Assembly: GCA_036488585.1 (NCBI GenBank)
Contig: DASXHH010000009.1
Location: forward strand, 64,399 to 128,398
Reading direction: 5' to 3'
Source: Candidatus Saccharimonadia bacterium
GTDB taxonomy: Bacteria; Patescibacteriota; Saccharimonadia; UBA4664
DNA length: 64,000 nucleotides
The notes under the pieces were generated by a model. The model saw nothing but the letters and a program-made list of their open reading frames with translations. It had not been told where the DNA came from and did not search any database. The translations under genes were made by a program, and so were the position numbers. This document shows, piece after piece, positions 63,838 to 64,000 of the stretch. Each line of letters starts with the position of its first letter. The first letter of the stretch is position 1.

Positions 63838-64000
63838 GTTTGGTCCCCCCTTTGATGTTAGCTAATTGTTCCGCAAAGAAGGGGCAATGAATCCGTTACA
63901 AACTCCAAATAGAAATTATACCGAAACAAGAGCGACGCAGATTTCATAGAAATAGCCGTTAACGCCGGCAGGGGCCAGGCGGTAGGATTTAAGTCAACTT

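Overview
This is a high-GC bacterial chromosomal segment that I could not place taxonomically; its use of several F420-linked enzyme families suggests an Actinobacteria- or Chloroflexi-like organism. Gene content is mostly housekeeping plus cell-envelope functions. Main features in order along the window are listed below.

- **Window start to ~9.3 kb:** 5' fragment of a PLD/cardiolipin-synthase gene at the edge; secretory lipase and GNAT; msrA-guaA; minus-strand oxidative pentose-phosphate operon (pgl-gnd-zwf) with an upstream PPOX-class F420 gene.
- **9.7-11.6 kb:** two tandem F420-type LLM oxidoreductases.
- **11.6-15.2 kb:** small standalone genes: VOC/PhnB, an lmo0937-family micro-protein, ydfG-like SDR, a GIY-YIG protein, and a cold-shock-domain fusion protein behind a near-consensus promoter.
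- **15.9-18.2 kb:** a CFA-synthase-like methyltransferase and a frameshifted MscS channel gene.
- **18.3-24.7 kb:** complete F1Fo ATP synthase operon atpZ-B-E-F-H-A-G-D-C with an unusually short delta subunit.
- **24.7-31.0 kb:** FAD-linked oxidase, acylphosphatase, ZIP transporter, and a Cys-free ArsR regulator with a VOC/SRPBCC/hydrolase operon and a palindromic operator.
- **31.1-36.7 kb:** cell-wall module with a bifunctional CHAP+glucosaminidase peptidoglycan hydrolase between two membrane-anchored proteins.
- **37.3-40.7 kb:** 7TM-protein / CheY-like RR / PAS histidine kinase / CheY-like RR operon.
- **40.8-48.1 kb:** eight-gene MoxR-DUF58-VWA (Bat-like) operon headed by a degenerate phosphoribosyltransferase-like gene and ending in a surface VWA protein with a Gly-Thr/Asn tandem repeat.
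- **48.1-50.0 kb:** ECF sigma / anti-sigma / cupredoxin-like / DoxX operon.
- **50.0-54.0 kb:** overlapping small ORFs, secreted GH16 with a convergent hydrolase, and an MFS efflux pump.
- **54.1-57.9 kb:** His-rich 76-aa peptide and an island of three unknown genes including a divergent SbcD/Mre11-like metallophosphoesterase.
- **58.2-63.8 kb:** GH26-like enzyme with ricin-B lectin domain, a 700-aa secreted protein with TPR partner, CDP-alcohol phosphatidyltransferase and Dps.

No rRNA, tRNA, CRISPR array, integrase or transposase was recognised. The segment from about 37 kb to 50 kb looks visibly more A/T-rich than the upstream part.
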